A stretch of DNA of 64,000 nucleotides. Origin: Nitrospirales bacterium (GTDB lineage: Bacteria > Nitrospirota > Nitrospiria > Nitrospirales > UBA8639). The notes beneath the pieces were generated by a model. The model did not search any database. It saw only the letters and a list, made by a program, of their open reading frames with translations, and was not told the DNA's origin. Shown here in pieces: positions 1 through 10,479 of this stretch. Both the position numbers and the translations under genes were made by a program. Location: contig CBDBCZ010000019.1 of NCBI GenBank assembly GCA_965203295.1, positions 1,792,001-1,856,000 on the forward strand, in the 5' to 3' direction. Numbering within the stretch: the stretch's first letter is position 1; the number at the start of each line of letters is the position of its first letter.

Positions 1-432
1 AAAGAGAAATACGGCCCCTGTCCTTCCTCCATCTCGGTCCTGGCCTCGGGGTGCCCCAATAAGAACGCCATGCCCCTGGAGTATAACTGATTGCCCAAAT
101 AACTCCTCCCCCATAGGAGCGGGATGTGAGAAAGTGAATTCTAATTGGCCCGTTTCAGCCGAAAATTTATAGACCTTTCCACTTTCAAGACTATGAGCTT
201 GGTCGTGAGGTGCCCCAATGATGATATACTCTGAATTCACAGCAATCTGATGTCCAAAGCCATCGAAAACGGCAGGGTTCGGATTTACGTAACTCCGAAC
301 AAGTTTGGAGTGGTCCCTATCCCCTGCCAGCAGCTCACTACTACTGAAGACAATCAGAAAGGTCAAGAATATGAGTGACCCTTTCGCGTGTATCAGGCCT
401 CTCCCAGTTGTGACAATCTCTCCGGTTTCCAT
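1..432 (-). CDS. FG-GAP repeat (integrin-alpha-like beta-propeller) secreted protein, runs off the left edge
   Basis: Not in the ORF track. Manual translation from ATG 432: METGEIV...LIFLTFLIVFSSSELLAG...FGHQIAVNSEYIIIGAPHD...SGKVYKF...FGQSVILQGHGVLIGAPRG...TGAVFLF, giving a hydrophobic leader and two FG...GAP repeats. Confidence 0.85.
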   Translation of the reverse strand, partial: METGEIVTTGRGLIHAKGSLIFLTFLIVFSSSELLAGDRDHSKLVRSYVNPNPAVFDGFGHQIAVNSEYIIIGAPHDQAHSLESGKVYKFSAETGQLEFTFSHPAPMGEELFGQSVILQGHGVLIGAPRGQDRDGGRTGAVFLF

Positions 433-653
433 TCTTAGATTTTCTATGGTATTCTAGTGCTCGCTTTTCGACGTTGAGCCATGTGGTGAGGCACTCAGCA
501 ACAAGGCTCTATCGGTCAGATGTTGTTTAGTGCGGTGAACTCCGATTGGAAGTTAACCAAAGTGATGTGAGCGTTTGCATCTTTGGCCTGTTCCTTCCCT
601 TCGCCTCATTCTCGAGCCCTAAGACAATATCATTATCTTAAAGGAGGAACCTT

Positions 654-755
654 ATGGGTTCGAAATTGTATGTTGGTGGGTTGCCCTATGCTGTGGACGA
701 CCAACAATTAAGTGACCTCTTTGCCTCTCATGAAGAGAAAAAGGTGTTCAAGTAA
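654..755 (+). pseudogene. Truncated RRM (RNP) RNA-binding protein
   Basis: RBS AAGGAGG at 641, then MGSKLYVGGLPYAVDDQQLSDLFASH (RNP2 motif LYVGGL) followed by EEKKVFK*; RNP1 is absent. Confidence 0.8.
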
Positions 756-903
756 GAGCGGATTGTGAATCAGTTCCAGCTTTGATAAAGTTAACATTCT
801 ATCTCTCTTCATCTTCAAAAAACCTAGAAATACCCATCAACCCGCGATCGCTATGATCAAAAAAATCTAGCTGGCTGAATGATTAGCTGGAAAACATGAG
901 CCT

Positions 904-2536
904 ATGAGTACAAACGATAAACAAGTCATCTTTTCATTGATTGGAGTGGGGCGTGTCTATCCACCTAAGAAACAAGTCCTCAAAGATATTTATCTTTCCT
1001 TACTATTACGGGGCTAAGATCGGAGTGCTTGGACTCAATGGATCCGGGAAAAGCACCCTTCTTCGCATCATTGCGGGAGTGGATAAAGATTATCTTGGCG
1101 AGGTCACTTTTTCAAAAGGTTACACAATTGGTCTCCTGGAACAGGAACCCACACTGGATCAGGACAAAACCGTTCAAGAAGTCATTGAAGAGGGCCGGCA
1201 AGACGTCATCTCTCTCTTGATGGAAAAACTTCTTGAAACATAAAGCACTCTTCAAGATAAAATCGAAGCTGTCAATGGTTGGGAACTGGAGAATCAACTC
1301 GAGATTGCCATGGACGCGCTCCGATGTCCACCCCCAGAAACCAAAATCAATACTCTCTCAGGTGGGGAACGCCGGCGGGTTGCATTGTGTCGACTCCTCA
1401 TCCAGGAACCCGATATTTTGCTCCTCGATGAACCGACAAACCATCTCGATGCTGAATCTGTACATTGGCTGGAACAACACCTCCAAGAGTACAAAGGAAC
1501 CGTCATCGCGGTGACACATGACCGTTACTTTCTCGACAATGTGGCTGGTTGGATTCTTGAACTTGATCGGGGCTATGGGATTCCATTCGAGGGCAACTAT
1601 TCTTCCTGGCTTGAACAAAAACAGAGTCGCTTGGAAAAAGAAGAAAAAGCAGAATCCAAACACAGGAGAACGTTGGAACGAGAATTGGAATGGATTCGCA
1701 TGTCGCCCAAGGGACGGCATGCCAAGGGAAAGGCCAGGGTTACCCGTTATGAGGAATTGCTGAGCGATGAACGTGAAAAATTCGCTGAGGAACTGGAAAT
1801 TTTTATCCCTCCTGGCCCACGACTTGGCGATGTGGTTCTTGACGCCGAAAACCTTTTGAAGGCTTATGGTGAAAAACTCTTGTTTGAAAACCTTTCATTT
1901 TTTCTCTCTCCAGGCGGAATCGTCGGGGTCATAGGCCCCAACGGGGCAGGAAAGACCACCTTATTCCGCATGATTACCGGAGTCGTCAAACCTGATTCCG
2001 TAACCTTTAAAGTAGGAGAAACCGTCAAATTTGGCTATGTGGACCAGGATCGAACATTAGATGGGAATAAGAATGTCTGGGAAGTCATCTCAGACGGTCT
2101 TGAAACCATTAAACTGGGCAAACGAGAGGTGAACTCTCGGGCATATGTCGGACGGTTTAATTTCGGTGGCTCCGACCAACAGAAAAAGGTTAAAGACCTC
2201 TCTGGCGGGGAACGCAATCGGGTTCATTTAGCCCGAATGCTCAAGGAGGAGGCTAATCTGTTGCTTTTAGACGAACCAACCAACGATCTCGATGTGAATA
2301 CTCTCCGTGCCCTTGAAGAAGGATTAGAACAATTTGGCGGCTGCGCTGTTGTTAGTAGCCACGATCGATGGTTTCTCGATCGTATTGCAACCCATATTCT
2401 GGCTTTTGAAGGAGAAAGCAAAGTTGTGTGGTTTGGAGGCAATTACAGCGAATATGAAGCTGATCGAAAAAAGCGTTTAGGCAAAGAGGCCGAACGCCCC
2501 CATCGGATTCGGTATCGGAAATTAACACGGGATTGA
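904..2536 (+). pseudogene. ettA: ABC-F translational throttle EttA, disrupted
   Basis: [32 protein letters not shown], then a frameshift near 1000 into [17 protein letters not shown]; in-frame TAA at 1241-1243 ([13 protein letters not shown]); two ABC cassettes; C-terminal PHRIRYRKL. Confidence 0.9.
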
Positions 2537-2884
2537 GCTGCTCTCTATTTTCTCTTAGGTAGCTCATCTCACAAATACACGATACTCTTGCGTTTTCTTC
2601 CATAATCTGTTGGCTAGATTTCTGGGTGCCAAAAAGGCTAACCTAAAGGCAGTCCAAGCAACGCATAGGCTCAAGAAGCCCAGGGCTACCAAAGAATCGA
2701 TTGATGGTTTCGATCAACGACCTGCCTACGAACTTAGACAGAACAACGCTTACCTCCGAAACTCGAAGCTGAAGTTTCGCTTTCAGCCTCGGAGCTTATG
2801 TAGCGACAACAGTGCAAGCGACTTGACGAAGGCAGGGAACACCACAGGTGAACCGGTTGCCAGCCTGATTGATGCTTTCCAAAG

Positions 2885-3103
2885 ATGTTTAGCCAACCCG
2901 ATATACTCATTGCTCGAATAATAGGGATTGTATTCGTAGCCAGTGGTTTTATTCTGGGCATCTATGGATTAGACAATCCTCAGTCTAGCTGGCTTTCAAC
3001 AGCCTTAGGTCTCCTCGTGACAGGTATGATTGCCCAAGTGTATGCCCTAATCCGATCCTTCACGATGGCTAGACAAAGAGGCCAGGGAGAAAAGGATCCA
3101 TGA
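2885..3103 (+). CDS. Small two-TM membrane protein
   Basis: 72 aa with two hydrophobic helices; stop overlaps the next start (ATGA). Confidence 0.7.
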   Translation: MFSQPDILIARIIGIVFVASGFILGIYGLDNPQSSWLSTALGLLVTGMIAQVYALIRSFTMARQRGQGEKDP

Positions 3104-3546
3104 GAGATCTCCTTCATCCGGTAGCAGTGAAGCATCAATGGAAAAACAAGTTTCTCGTGTGGGGACTCACCATTCTCTGTCTCTTACTCTCAAGTTGTAA
3201 TCTCCCACGGGAAGCCTATTTCAAAGACAGTGTCGATGAGGCAACTCAAGACGATGTTGAAAAAGAACTCGGGAAACCTGTTCGAACAAAGACGTTTCAT
3301 CTTGATGGTGAGACAATATGGACATACCGTTATGTCATGACAGAAACTGAAATGGATCGTAGTGGGTTTAAATCTCTTAACGAAGGCATTAACTCTGTCG
3401 GTGATGCCGTCGCCTCGCTTGTTGGAGGTCCCGTTGCAAAACGAAAAGGAGATAAACCCGTATGCATTCATTATATACTAACCTTTGACAGATCCAAGAT
3501 ATTGAAAGATTGGAAACGGGAGTCCTGCGCTGAAACCCCATTATGA
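3100..3546 (+). CDS. Lipoprotein, SmpA/OmlA(BamE)-like
   Basis: Lipobox LLSSC; DVEKELGKP...GETIWTY pattern; ATGA coupling on both sides. Confidence 0.65.
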   Translation: MRDLLHPVAVKHQWKNKFLVWGLTILCLLLSSCNLPREAYFKDSVDEATQDDVEKELGKPVRTKTFHLDGETIWTYRYVMTETEMDRSGFKSLNEGINSVGDAVASLVGGPVAKRKGDKPVCIHYILTFDRSKILKDWKRESCAETPL

Positions 3547-4762
3547 CAGCCCAACCTTCCACTTTTTTGCCCCATGCCCCAGAGGGTTAGAACATATATT
3601 GGCCACAGAAATTCAAGAGATTGGGGCTAGCCACACTGAAATTTTTCAAGGAAGGGTGAGCTTTACTGGTTCCTTTCCACTTTGTTACCAGGTGAACCTC
3701 AAAAGCCGAATCGCGAGCCGAGTATTATGGCAGGCAAGTCTATTCAGGAGAATACCGCTACGAACAAGATATTTACCAAGCCCGTATGACTAGATGTGGC
3801 CCCAATGGTTTCCCGTCCAGTGTCGTATCAAGGTGAAGGTCAGTGCGCAACATTGCCCTCTTCTGAGTTTAGATTTCATTACCCTTCGAGTCAAAGATGC
3901 CATCTGCGATCGGTTTACCCATGAAGCGGGAATTCGTCCATCAGTTGATACCAGAAAGCCAGATATCCGCATCAATGTTTTTCTGAATGAACATCAGGTT
4001 TTGTTATTTCTTGATACGTCGGGAGAACCACTTTTTAAGCGAGGCCTCCGGCAAGCCATTGGGTCTGCTCCTATCCGGGAAAACCTTGCGGCTGGCATCC
4101 TTCGACTGACAGGCTGGACATCAGAACAAACCCTTTTTGATCCCATGTGTGGTAGTGGAACGTTTCTTATGGAAGCCGTTCAAATGGCTCGTAAAATTGA
4201 TCCTGGGCTCCATCGACGATTTGCCTTCGAACAATTACACAATTTTTCACCAGAAATCTGGGAGGGGGTACGGGAAAAGAGTCAGGCCCAACAACTCCCA
4301 CCTCAACCCTTATCGATTTTTGGCTGTGATCAAGAACACGCTTCTGTGGAAGCCGCGAGGAGTAATTTGAAGCATGCTGGTCTGACGGATTGCGTTTCCC
4401 TTCGGCAGGCGGACATATTGGAAACACGCCCGCCGACAGAACATGGCATCATCCTCACGAATCCTCCCTATGGTGTAAGAACAGGGCAAGTCAATAAGCT
4501 GGCCGCGTTGTATCCCAGCATAGGGGATTGGTTAAAACGTTACTTTCCTGGGTGGCGAGCGTATTTTTTTTCAGCCGACTTGAAGTTACCCAAGCTCATT
4601 GGGCTTTCAGCTTCCGCCCGTATGCCACTCTTCAATGGTCCTCTCGAATGCCGTTTATTTGAATATCGCATGTTTTCAGGGCCTAAAAAACCTTCAAAAA
4701 GTCCTGCGGCTAGACCTCATTCTTCCAATCCTGAGCAGAATCCCCATGTCACCCGTCTTTAA
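3543..4762 (+). pseudogene. THUMP-domain RNA methyltransferase (RlmL/YpsC-like), disrupted
   Basis: FFAPCPRGLE, RIASRVL, LDTSGEPLFKRG, APIRENLAAG, DPMCGSGT and NPPYG motifs; frameshift near 3555, GGCA duplication near 3730, further frameshift plus TAG at 3791-3793. Confidence 0.85.
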
Positions 4763-5093
4763 AAGCGGGGCATTCATTCAGCAATGCTTTGCGGTTCACC
4801 CTCTTTGCCTAGGGATCAAGATATTTGCTCTTCCAAACACCATAGGTATCCTCTGCACGAATTGTCATATGCGCCATCGGATTACAATGGAGGAATGCTC
4901 AGTCCCGATTGACAACGAACAAAAAAGTAAGAAACAGGCAGCGGAATTATTTTCCCATTGCACTTCTCACCGCATGGCGGATATTCGTTTAAGTGGGTTA
5001 GACGTGGTGCAGGAAGTGATGCAATTTCGCTGTGAACCATGCAAAAAGAGCTATCGCATCACTTTCTCTACGATTGAAAGCCATCAGAAATAA
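4746..5093 (+). CDS. Hypothetical Cys/His-rich, probably metal-binding protein
   Basis: MSPVFKSG...; two C-x2/3-H...CxxC units; ATG overlaps the end of the upstream gene. Confidence 0.65.
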   Translation: MSPVFKSGAFIQQCFAVHPLCLGIKIFALPNTIGILCTNCHMRHRITMEECSVPIDNEQKSKKQAAELFSHCTSHRMADIRLSGLDVVQEVMQFRCEPCKKSYRITFSTIESHQK

Positions 5094-5104
5094 ATTCCCA
5101 ATTC

Positions 5105-5256
5105 ACCCGCCTACGCGCTCGTGGATGAAGCTCTAGCGCAAGCAGCAGAAAGCCATGGCTGCCAGGCTTTCGTAGCCCATGCTACTTCGGCGGAGTAGGC
5201 GAAAGCCTGGGGCTCCACAAACATGCACCAGTGGAGGCGTCAGGGCGAAAGCCCTC
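5105..5256. repeat. GC-rich multi-hairpin REP-like element
   Basis: Perfect IR CCAGGCTTTCG (5162-5172) / CGAAAGCCTGG (5200-5210); hairpins GTAGC-CCAT-GCTAC and AGGGC-GAAA-GCCCT. Confidence 0.55.
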
Positions 5257-5297
5257 AAACCGACTTCTCATTTCCCGATACATACTGAAGATCCCAC

Positions 5298-5329
5298 AAA
5301 AAAAGGAGCCGCCTAGAAGGCGGCTCCTT
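5298..5329 (-). terminator. Rho-independent terminator after peroxiredoxin
   Basis: AAGGAGCCGCC-TAGAA-GGCGGCTCCTT stem with an A-tract on the left (U-tract on the minus strand). Confidence 0.9.
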
Positions 5330-5357
5330 AAGAAGAACGGAACGTGCTCGACGGCTC

Positions 5358-5993
5358 TTATCTGTTAGGCTGTGGTGTGTAACGCAGATATGGCTTTACC
5401 ACCCGGTGGCCCTTGGGAAACTTGGAGGGAATTTCCTCATCTTTTACCGCCGGCACAATGATACAATCTTCTCCGTCCTTCCAATTGGCAGGAGTAGCAA
5501 CCTGATGCTTGGCAGTTAGTTGAAGGGAATCCACCACTCGCAAAATTTCATCAAAATTCCGACCCGTGGAAGCTGGGTACGTTAACGTTAGTTTGACCTT
5601 CTTATCTGGACCAATCACAAAAACCGAACGAACCGTCATGTTATCCAACGCATTGGGGTGAATCATATCATACAGGTTCGCCACTTTACGTTCAGGATCG
5701 GCGATAATAGGATAATTCACCGTGCATTTTTGTGTTTCATTGATATCGTTAATCCACCCCTTGTGTGAATCTAGGGGATCGACGCTAATGGCCAAAAATT
5801 TGACATTCCGTTTCTTGAATTCCTCCCCTATTTTAGCCACCGTTCCCAATTCCGTCGTACAGACAGGAGTGTAATCCTTGGGATGGGAAAAAAGAATGCC
5901 CCAAGAGTCACCCAACCACTCATGGAAATTAACCGTTCCTGCTGTCGTTTCCGCTGTAAAATTAGGAGCTTCGTCACCTAATCGTAATGCCAT
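5358..5993 (-). CDS. 1-Cys peroxiredoxin (Prx6 family)
   Basis: FSHPKDYTPVCTTE active-site motif; YPASTGRNFDE; KPYLRYTP. Confidence 0.95.
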   Translation of the reverse strand: MALRLGDEAPNFTAETTAGTVNFHEWLGDSWGILFSHPKDYTPVCTTELGTVAKIGEEFKKRNVKFLAISVDPLDSHKGWINDINETQKCTVNYPIIADPERKVANLYDMIHPNALDNMTVRSVFVIGPDKKVKLTLTYPASTGRNFDEILRVVDSLQLTAKHQVATPANWKDGEDCIIVPAVKDEEIPSKFPKGHRVVKPYLRYTPQPNR

Positions 5994-6236
5994 ACTGTAT
6001 TCCTCCAGTCCTTAAAGTTTATTCATGAAGTTACTCTCCCTTCGGGAACCGTCGCATCGACAACTACTCGAACTCAAGGGTTCCCCATATCAAGGAGGCA
6101 ATAAACCACAAGTTAGTAAATTAGTGTACGCCACACAAAAGGCACAGTCAACGCCACCACTCGCCGAAGTTGGAACTCGGGACCTCCCTAACATAAGTAT
6201 TCTTACTTAGGCTTAAAGCAATCCATCCCAAGAGCA

Positions 6237-7223
6237 TTATGCATAAAGCCCATCCGCCAATTTCTCATAGCCATTGAGGTAAAAGGTTGGCATGCGCTGA
6301 TCCGTCCCAATCATCCGTTCTGTCCGCTGGGACCATCGAGGATGCGGAACGTCTGGATTGACATTGGCGATAAACCCATACTCATGGGGGATCATGACAT
6401 TCCAAAACGTCGCTGGGCGCTCGGCCACGAATTCCATGGACACAATAGATTTGATGCTTTTGAACCCATATTTCCAGGGCACAATCAGACGGATCGGTGC
6501 TCCATGTTGCTTGGGTAAAGGATGTCCATAAATGCCGGTAACCAGCATGACTAATTCATTCATGGCCTCTTCAATAGACAACCCCTCCGTATAAGGCCAT
6601 GGGCCATATCCCCGTTGTCCCATGGCGACAGCCGGAGAATGAAAAGAAGTCAAGCGAATAAACCGGGCTGAACTCAGAGGTTCAGCTTGCTTAATCAAAG
6701 CCTGAAGAGGAAAACCAGTCCACGGAACAGCCATCGCCCACGCCTCTACACATCGAAGACGATAGAGCCGCTCTTCCAAGGGCATGATGTGTAGTAACTG
6801 ATCAACATCCCACACTTTTGGTTTTTTCACCAACCCGCTCACTTCCAAAGTCCAAGGTCGAACTTTGAACCTCCTTACTCGACGCCATATATCATCTTTC
6901 GCCTCACTAAATTCGTAAAAATTATTGTAGCGGGCCGCGATGCGCTCAGCCGTCAAAGGACGATCCAAGGTAAAGGACGAATTCTGAGTCGCGGGATAGA
7001 CCGCCTGATCTGTTTCAGAAAAGTCGAAATTCTTGGAATTTTTTTCAAAGTCCTCTTCGTCCACAGAAACAGAACAGCCCGAAAGATACCCTGCAGCCAA
7101 AAAGGCTCCAAGACCAAAGAGTTTTAAGGAAAATCGTCTGGTCACCCATTGCTCATGCAGTGCTTCGGAGGTGGCGTCGCGCTCGGAAATAGCCCAATCT
7201 GGAGGCAGGATAATGTTGGCCAT
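6237..7223 (-). CDS. msrP: Protein-methionine-sulfoxide reductase catalytic subunit MsrP
   Basis: Tat-like TRRFSLK; YNNFYEF; RCVEAW; HGAPIRLIVPWKYGFKSIKSI; NVNPDVPHPRWSQ. Confidence 0.92.
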   Translation of the reverse strand: MANIILPPDWAISERDATSEALHEQWVTRRFSLKLFGLGAFLAAGYLSGCSVSVDEEDFEKNSKNFDFSETDQAVYPATQNSSFTLDRPLTAERIAARYNNFYEFSEAKDDIWRRVRRFKVRPWTLEVSGLVKKPKVWDVDQLLHIMPLEERLYRLRCVEAWAMAVPWTGFPLQALIKQAEPLSSARFIRLTSFHSPAVAMGQRGYGPWPYTEGLSIEEAMNELVMLVTGIYGHPLPKQHGAPIRLIVPWKYGFKSIKSIVSMEFVAERPATFWNVMIPHEYGFIANVNPDVPHPRWSQRTERMIGTDQRMPTFYLNGYEKLADGLYA

Positions 7224-7411
7224 AGCGATTCCTCCTGTGACGCAATTGACTGACCCTTCCAGCCTATCGCTCTTCAGGAAGGATGGTCAAGACGACCAAG
7301 ACAGTTGAACTAATCAATATTCCACCTCGATGGGAAATATCCTGGCCACGTCGCTCGAAACCATGGACCACGAAATGGCACGGGCTGTCTCTTTTTCAGA
7401 TTACTGGACTA

Positions 7412-8890
7412 TTAAAAGGGAAGAACTGCCGATGTGGTGACAGATACTAGCGGGCCAGGATAGATGCCGAGGAGAACGACTCCCGCAATGGCGCAGGCAA
7501 GAACGACTGTGGTGGCGGGAGTGAGAGCAAGCCTCGTTTCGAGCTCTTGCATAGACGAAGGGTCACGCATGTACATGACCATGACCACTCGGAGGTAATA
7601 AAAGGCAGAGACTGCCGCGAAGACGAGGCCGAAGACGGCAAGCCAAGCGAGACCTGCGTTCACTGCGGCCATGAAGAGGTAGAACTTTCCAATAAATCCT
7701 GCTGTGGGGGGAATCCCAGCGAGAGAGACCATAAAGACCAACATGAGAAAGGCTGCGCCTTTGTGTCGCTTGGCCAAGCCGGTAAAGTCTTCGAGTTCTT
7801 CCCCTTCCACTCCGCTTTTTCGCACGATCGCGACGACTGAAAAGGCGCCCAGAGTCATAAACGAATACACAGCGAGGTATAACATCACACTGGATACACC
7901 CCGAGAGGCTATGACTTGTTCAGATCCTACCCACCCTGCGACAACCAGTCCAATTAAGGCATACCCGGCATGAGCAATACTGGAATATGCCAGCATCCGT
8001 TTAATATTGGTCTGGACGATTGCCACAATATTCCCAAGGACGACGGTGAGGAGGCATATTCCCAAGAGCAATCCAGTCCAGTTGGGCTTGACGCCACCAA
8101 ATCCTTCAAGCATGACCCGCATAAAGGCTGCGAAACTTGCGGCCTTAGAAGCCACAGCCATAAAGGCTGTGACTGAGGTTGGGGCTCCCTGATAAACATC
8201 AGGAGTCCACATATGAAACGGCACGGCCGCAACCTTGAACCCAAACCCTACGATCAACAACATCATGGCAATGAGGAGAAGCGGATCGTCGACGCCACGC
8301 GCATCAACAGCCGTAGCAATCTCCGCCAGTCGAGTCCCCCCTGCTAAACCATAGAGGAGGGAAATTCCATAGAGAAGAATACCGGATGAAAATGCTCCCA
8401 GGATAAAGTACTTGGCTGAGGCCTCAATTGAACGGGCTTCAAAGCGTTTGAACCCTGCCATGGTATACAGAGAAATAGACATGAGCTCTATGCCGAGATA
8501 GATAGTCAGGAGATCAGCGCCCGACACCATCACCATCATGCCGACAAGGGAAAGGAGGATAAACCCGTAGTATTCAGCAAGATCGATATGCTCCTCTTTC
8601 AGGTACGTGAGGGACAAAAGGATCGTGAGCCCACTGACGAAGTAGAGCAGGAGCTTCCAGAATGAGGCATAGTCATCAACCACAACCAAGTGACTAAAGG
8701 CAAACACCCGTTCCTCCATGCCGCTAGCCGTGACAAAGAAACACACGACCAATGTTCCAATGCTCATCCATGCCAGCAGGTGTTTTTGGGAAGAAGGCAT
8801 AACGGGATCAAGGAGCAGCAACACGCACGCGGCAACTATAACCAGCAACTCAGGGAGAATGGTGATCACATCAGCTAAGGGAATAGTCAC
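7412..8890 (-). CDS. nuoN: NADH-quinone oxidoreductase subunit N
   Basis: EASAKYFILG, GFKVAAVPFHMWTPDVYQGAP, KRMLAYSSIAH. Confidence 0.97.
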   Translation of the reverse strand: MTIPLADVITILPELLVIVAACVLLLLDPVMPSSQKHLLAWMSIGTLVVCFFVTASGMEERVFAFSHLVVVDDYASFWKLLLYFVSGLTILLSLTYLKEEHIDLAEYYGFILLSLVGMMVMVSGADLLTIYLGIELMSISLYTMAGFKRFEARSIEASAKYFILGAFSSGILLYGISLLYGLAGGTRLAEIATAVDARGVDDPLLLIAMMLLIVGFGFKVAAVPFHMWTPDVYQGAPTSVTAFMAVASKAASFAAFMRVMLEGFGGVKPNWTGLLLGICLLTVVLGNIVAIVQTNIKRMLAYSSIAHAGYALIGLVVAGWVGSEQVIASRGVSSVMLYLAVYSFMTLGAFSVVAIVRKSGVEGEELEDFTGLAKRHKGAAFLMLVFMVSLAGIPPTAGFIGKFYLFMAAVNAGLAWLAVFGLVFAAVSAFYYLRVVMVMYMRDPSSMQELETRLALTPATTVVLACAIAGVVLLGIYPGPLVSVTTSAVLPF

Positions 8891-10464
8891 AGAGATTCAC
8901 TCCCTTTCGACTGACTCAGTGCCTGCTTATCGGGAGACGTGAGAGTGAACGTAAGGGGAGGCTTTGGCTCCTCGACCGTCATCATTCGCGTTTGGTGCTG
9001 AACTAAGTGATTGACGCTGCTGTGCATGACATCCAAAAACGGTTTAGGATACAGGCCGATCCAAAATACGAATCCCACCAAAGGAATCAACATCCCCATC
9101 TCACGCAAGTTGAAGTCATAGAGCTTGGGAGCCATTTTCTCAGATGGAGCTCCATACACCACTCGCTGGAGCATCCACAAAATATACGCCGCCGACAGAA
9201 TAATGCCGAGGGCTGCCAGAGTTGCTGTGAGTTTGCTCCACATGAAGGTGCCAATAAGAATCAAAAATTCCCCAACAAAACTGTTCATTCCTGGAAGTCC
9301 AACTGAAGAGAGCGCAAAGATCACAAAAAAGGTTGCGTACCGAGGCATAGCCTTGGCCAGGCCGGAATTATCATCAATCTGGCGGCTATGAGTGCGCTCA
9401 TAAATAATCCCGACACAAAGAAAGAGTGCCCCGGTCGTGATACCATGGTTCACCATTTGGAGGATCGCGCCTTCGATCCCTTGCGCATTGAGAGCAAAGA
9501 TCCCGAGCGTGATGAACCCCATATGGCTCACACTTGAGTACGCGATCAGTTTCTTGAGGTCAGACTGAGCCAAAGCCATATACGCCCCGTAGATGATGGC
9601 AATCACGGAAAGGCCCATGATGATCGGCGTAAAGGTCACCGTCGCATCCGGGAAGAAGGGCAGAGAGAATCGCAGAAACCCATACGTTCCCATCTTAAGT
9701 AAGACACTGGCTAAAACGACACTGCCGGCTGTTGGGGCTTCCACATGCGCATCGGGCAACCACGTATGGAACGGGAACATGGGCACCTTGACGGCAAAGG
9801 CAACAAAAAATGCCCAGAACAGCAAACTTTGGAGGTTGAGCGCATACTCTGCCCTGCTTAAGGCCAAAATGTCGAAGGTATGCCCACCCTGGAAGAACAA
9901 CACAAGGATAGCGACCAAAAGCAGAATCGAGCCCGCTAAGGTATACAAGAAAAATTTAATAGCCGCATAGACGCGATTCGGCCCACCCCATACACCGATC
10001 AACAAATACATGGGGATCAACATGGTCTCCCAAAACACATAAAACAAGACAAAGTCCAAGGAGACAAACACGCCTATTGTGGCGGTTTCCATCACGAGGA
10101 GACTGATCATGAACTCTCGAACGCGTGAGTGAATGGCTGTCCAGGAAACAAGCACGCATAAGGGCCCGAGGAGCGTGGTCAGCAACACGAGTGGCAGGCT
10201 GATGCCATCAATACCAACCGCATAGTTAATAGGAGGAGAGGTGATCCATTGATGCCGTTCCACAAACTGCATCGCCGGAGTCGATTCATTGAACAGCGCC
10301 CACAGCGGGAGAGAAGCCAGCAAGGTCACCGAGGAACTCACAAGCGCAATCCACCGCGCCATGTCCTCGCGAGCCGCAGCGATCGCCGCCACCCCGATCA
10401 AGGGCAATACCAGAACGAGGGTGAGCAATGGAAACCCACCAGATGGGATGGCCATGTCAGTCAT
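8887..10464 (-). CDS. nuoM: NADH-quinone oxidoreductase subunit M
   Basis: FAVKVPMFPFHTWLPDAHVEAP, LLKMGTYG, AYSSVSHMG. Confidence 0.97.
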   Translation of the reverse strand: MTDMAIPSGGFPLLTLVLVLPLIGVAAIAAAREDMARWIALVSSSVTLLASLPLWALFNESTPAMQFVERHQWITSPPINYAVGIDGISLPLVLLTTLLGPLCVLVSWTAIHSRVREFMISLLVMETATIGVFVSLDFVLFYVFWETMLIPMYLLIGVWGGPNRVYAAIKFFLYTLAGSILLLVAILVLFFQGGHTFDILALSRAEYALNLQSLLFWAFFVAFAVKVPMFPFHTWLPDAHVEAPTAGSVVLASVLLKMGTYGFLRFSLPFFPDATVTFTPIIMGLSVIAIIYGAYMALAQSDLKKLIAYSSVSHMGFITLGIFALNAQGIEGAILQMVNHGITTGALFLCVGIIYERTHSRQIDDNSGLAKAMPRYATFFVIFALSSVGLPGMNSFVGEFLILIGTFMWSKLTATLAALGIILSAAYILWMLQRVVYGAPSEKMAPKLYDFNLREMGMLIPLVGFVFWIGLYPKPFLDVMHSSVNHLVQHQTRMMTVEEPKPPLTFTLTSPDKQALSQSKGSESL

Positions 10465-10479
10465 GAATTACTTTTTCCT

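Noticed and set aside
2610..2921. 103-aa ORF and two weak hairpins at about 2697-2791
   Set aside because: TTG start, no recognisable motif, overlaps the better-supported 2885 gene; hairpins are too short to call
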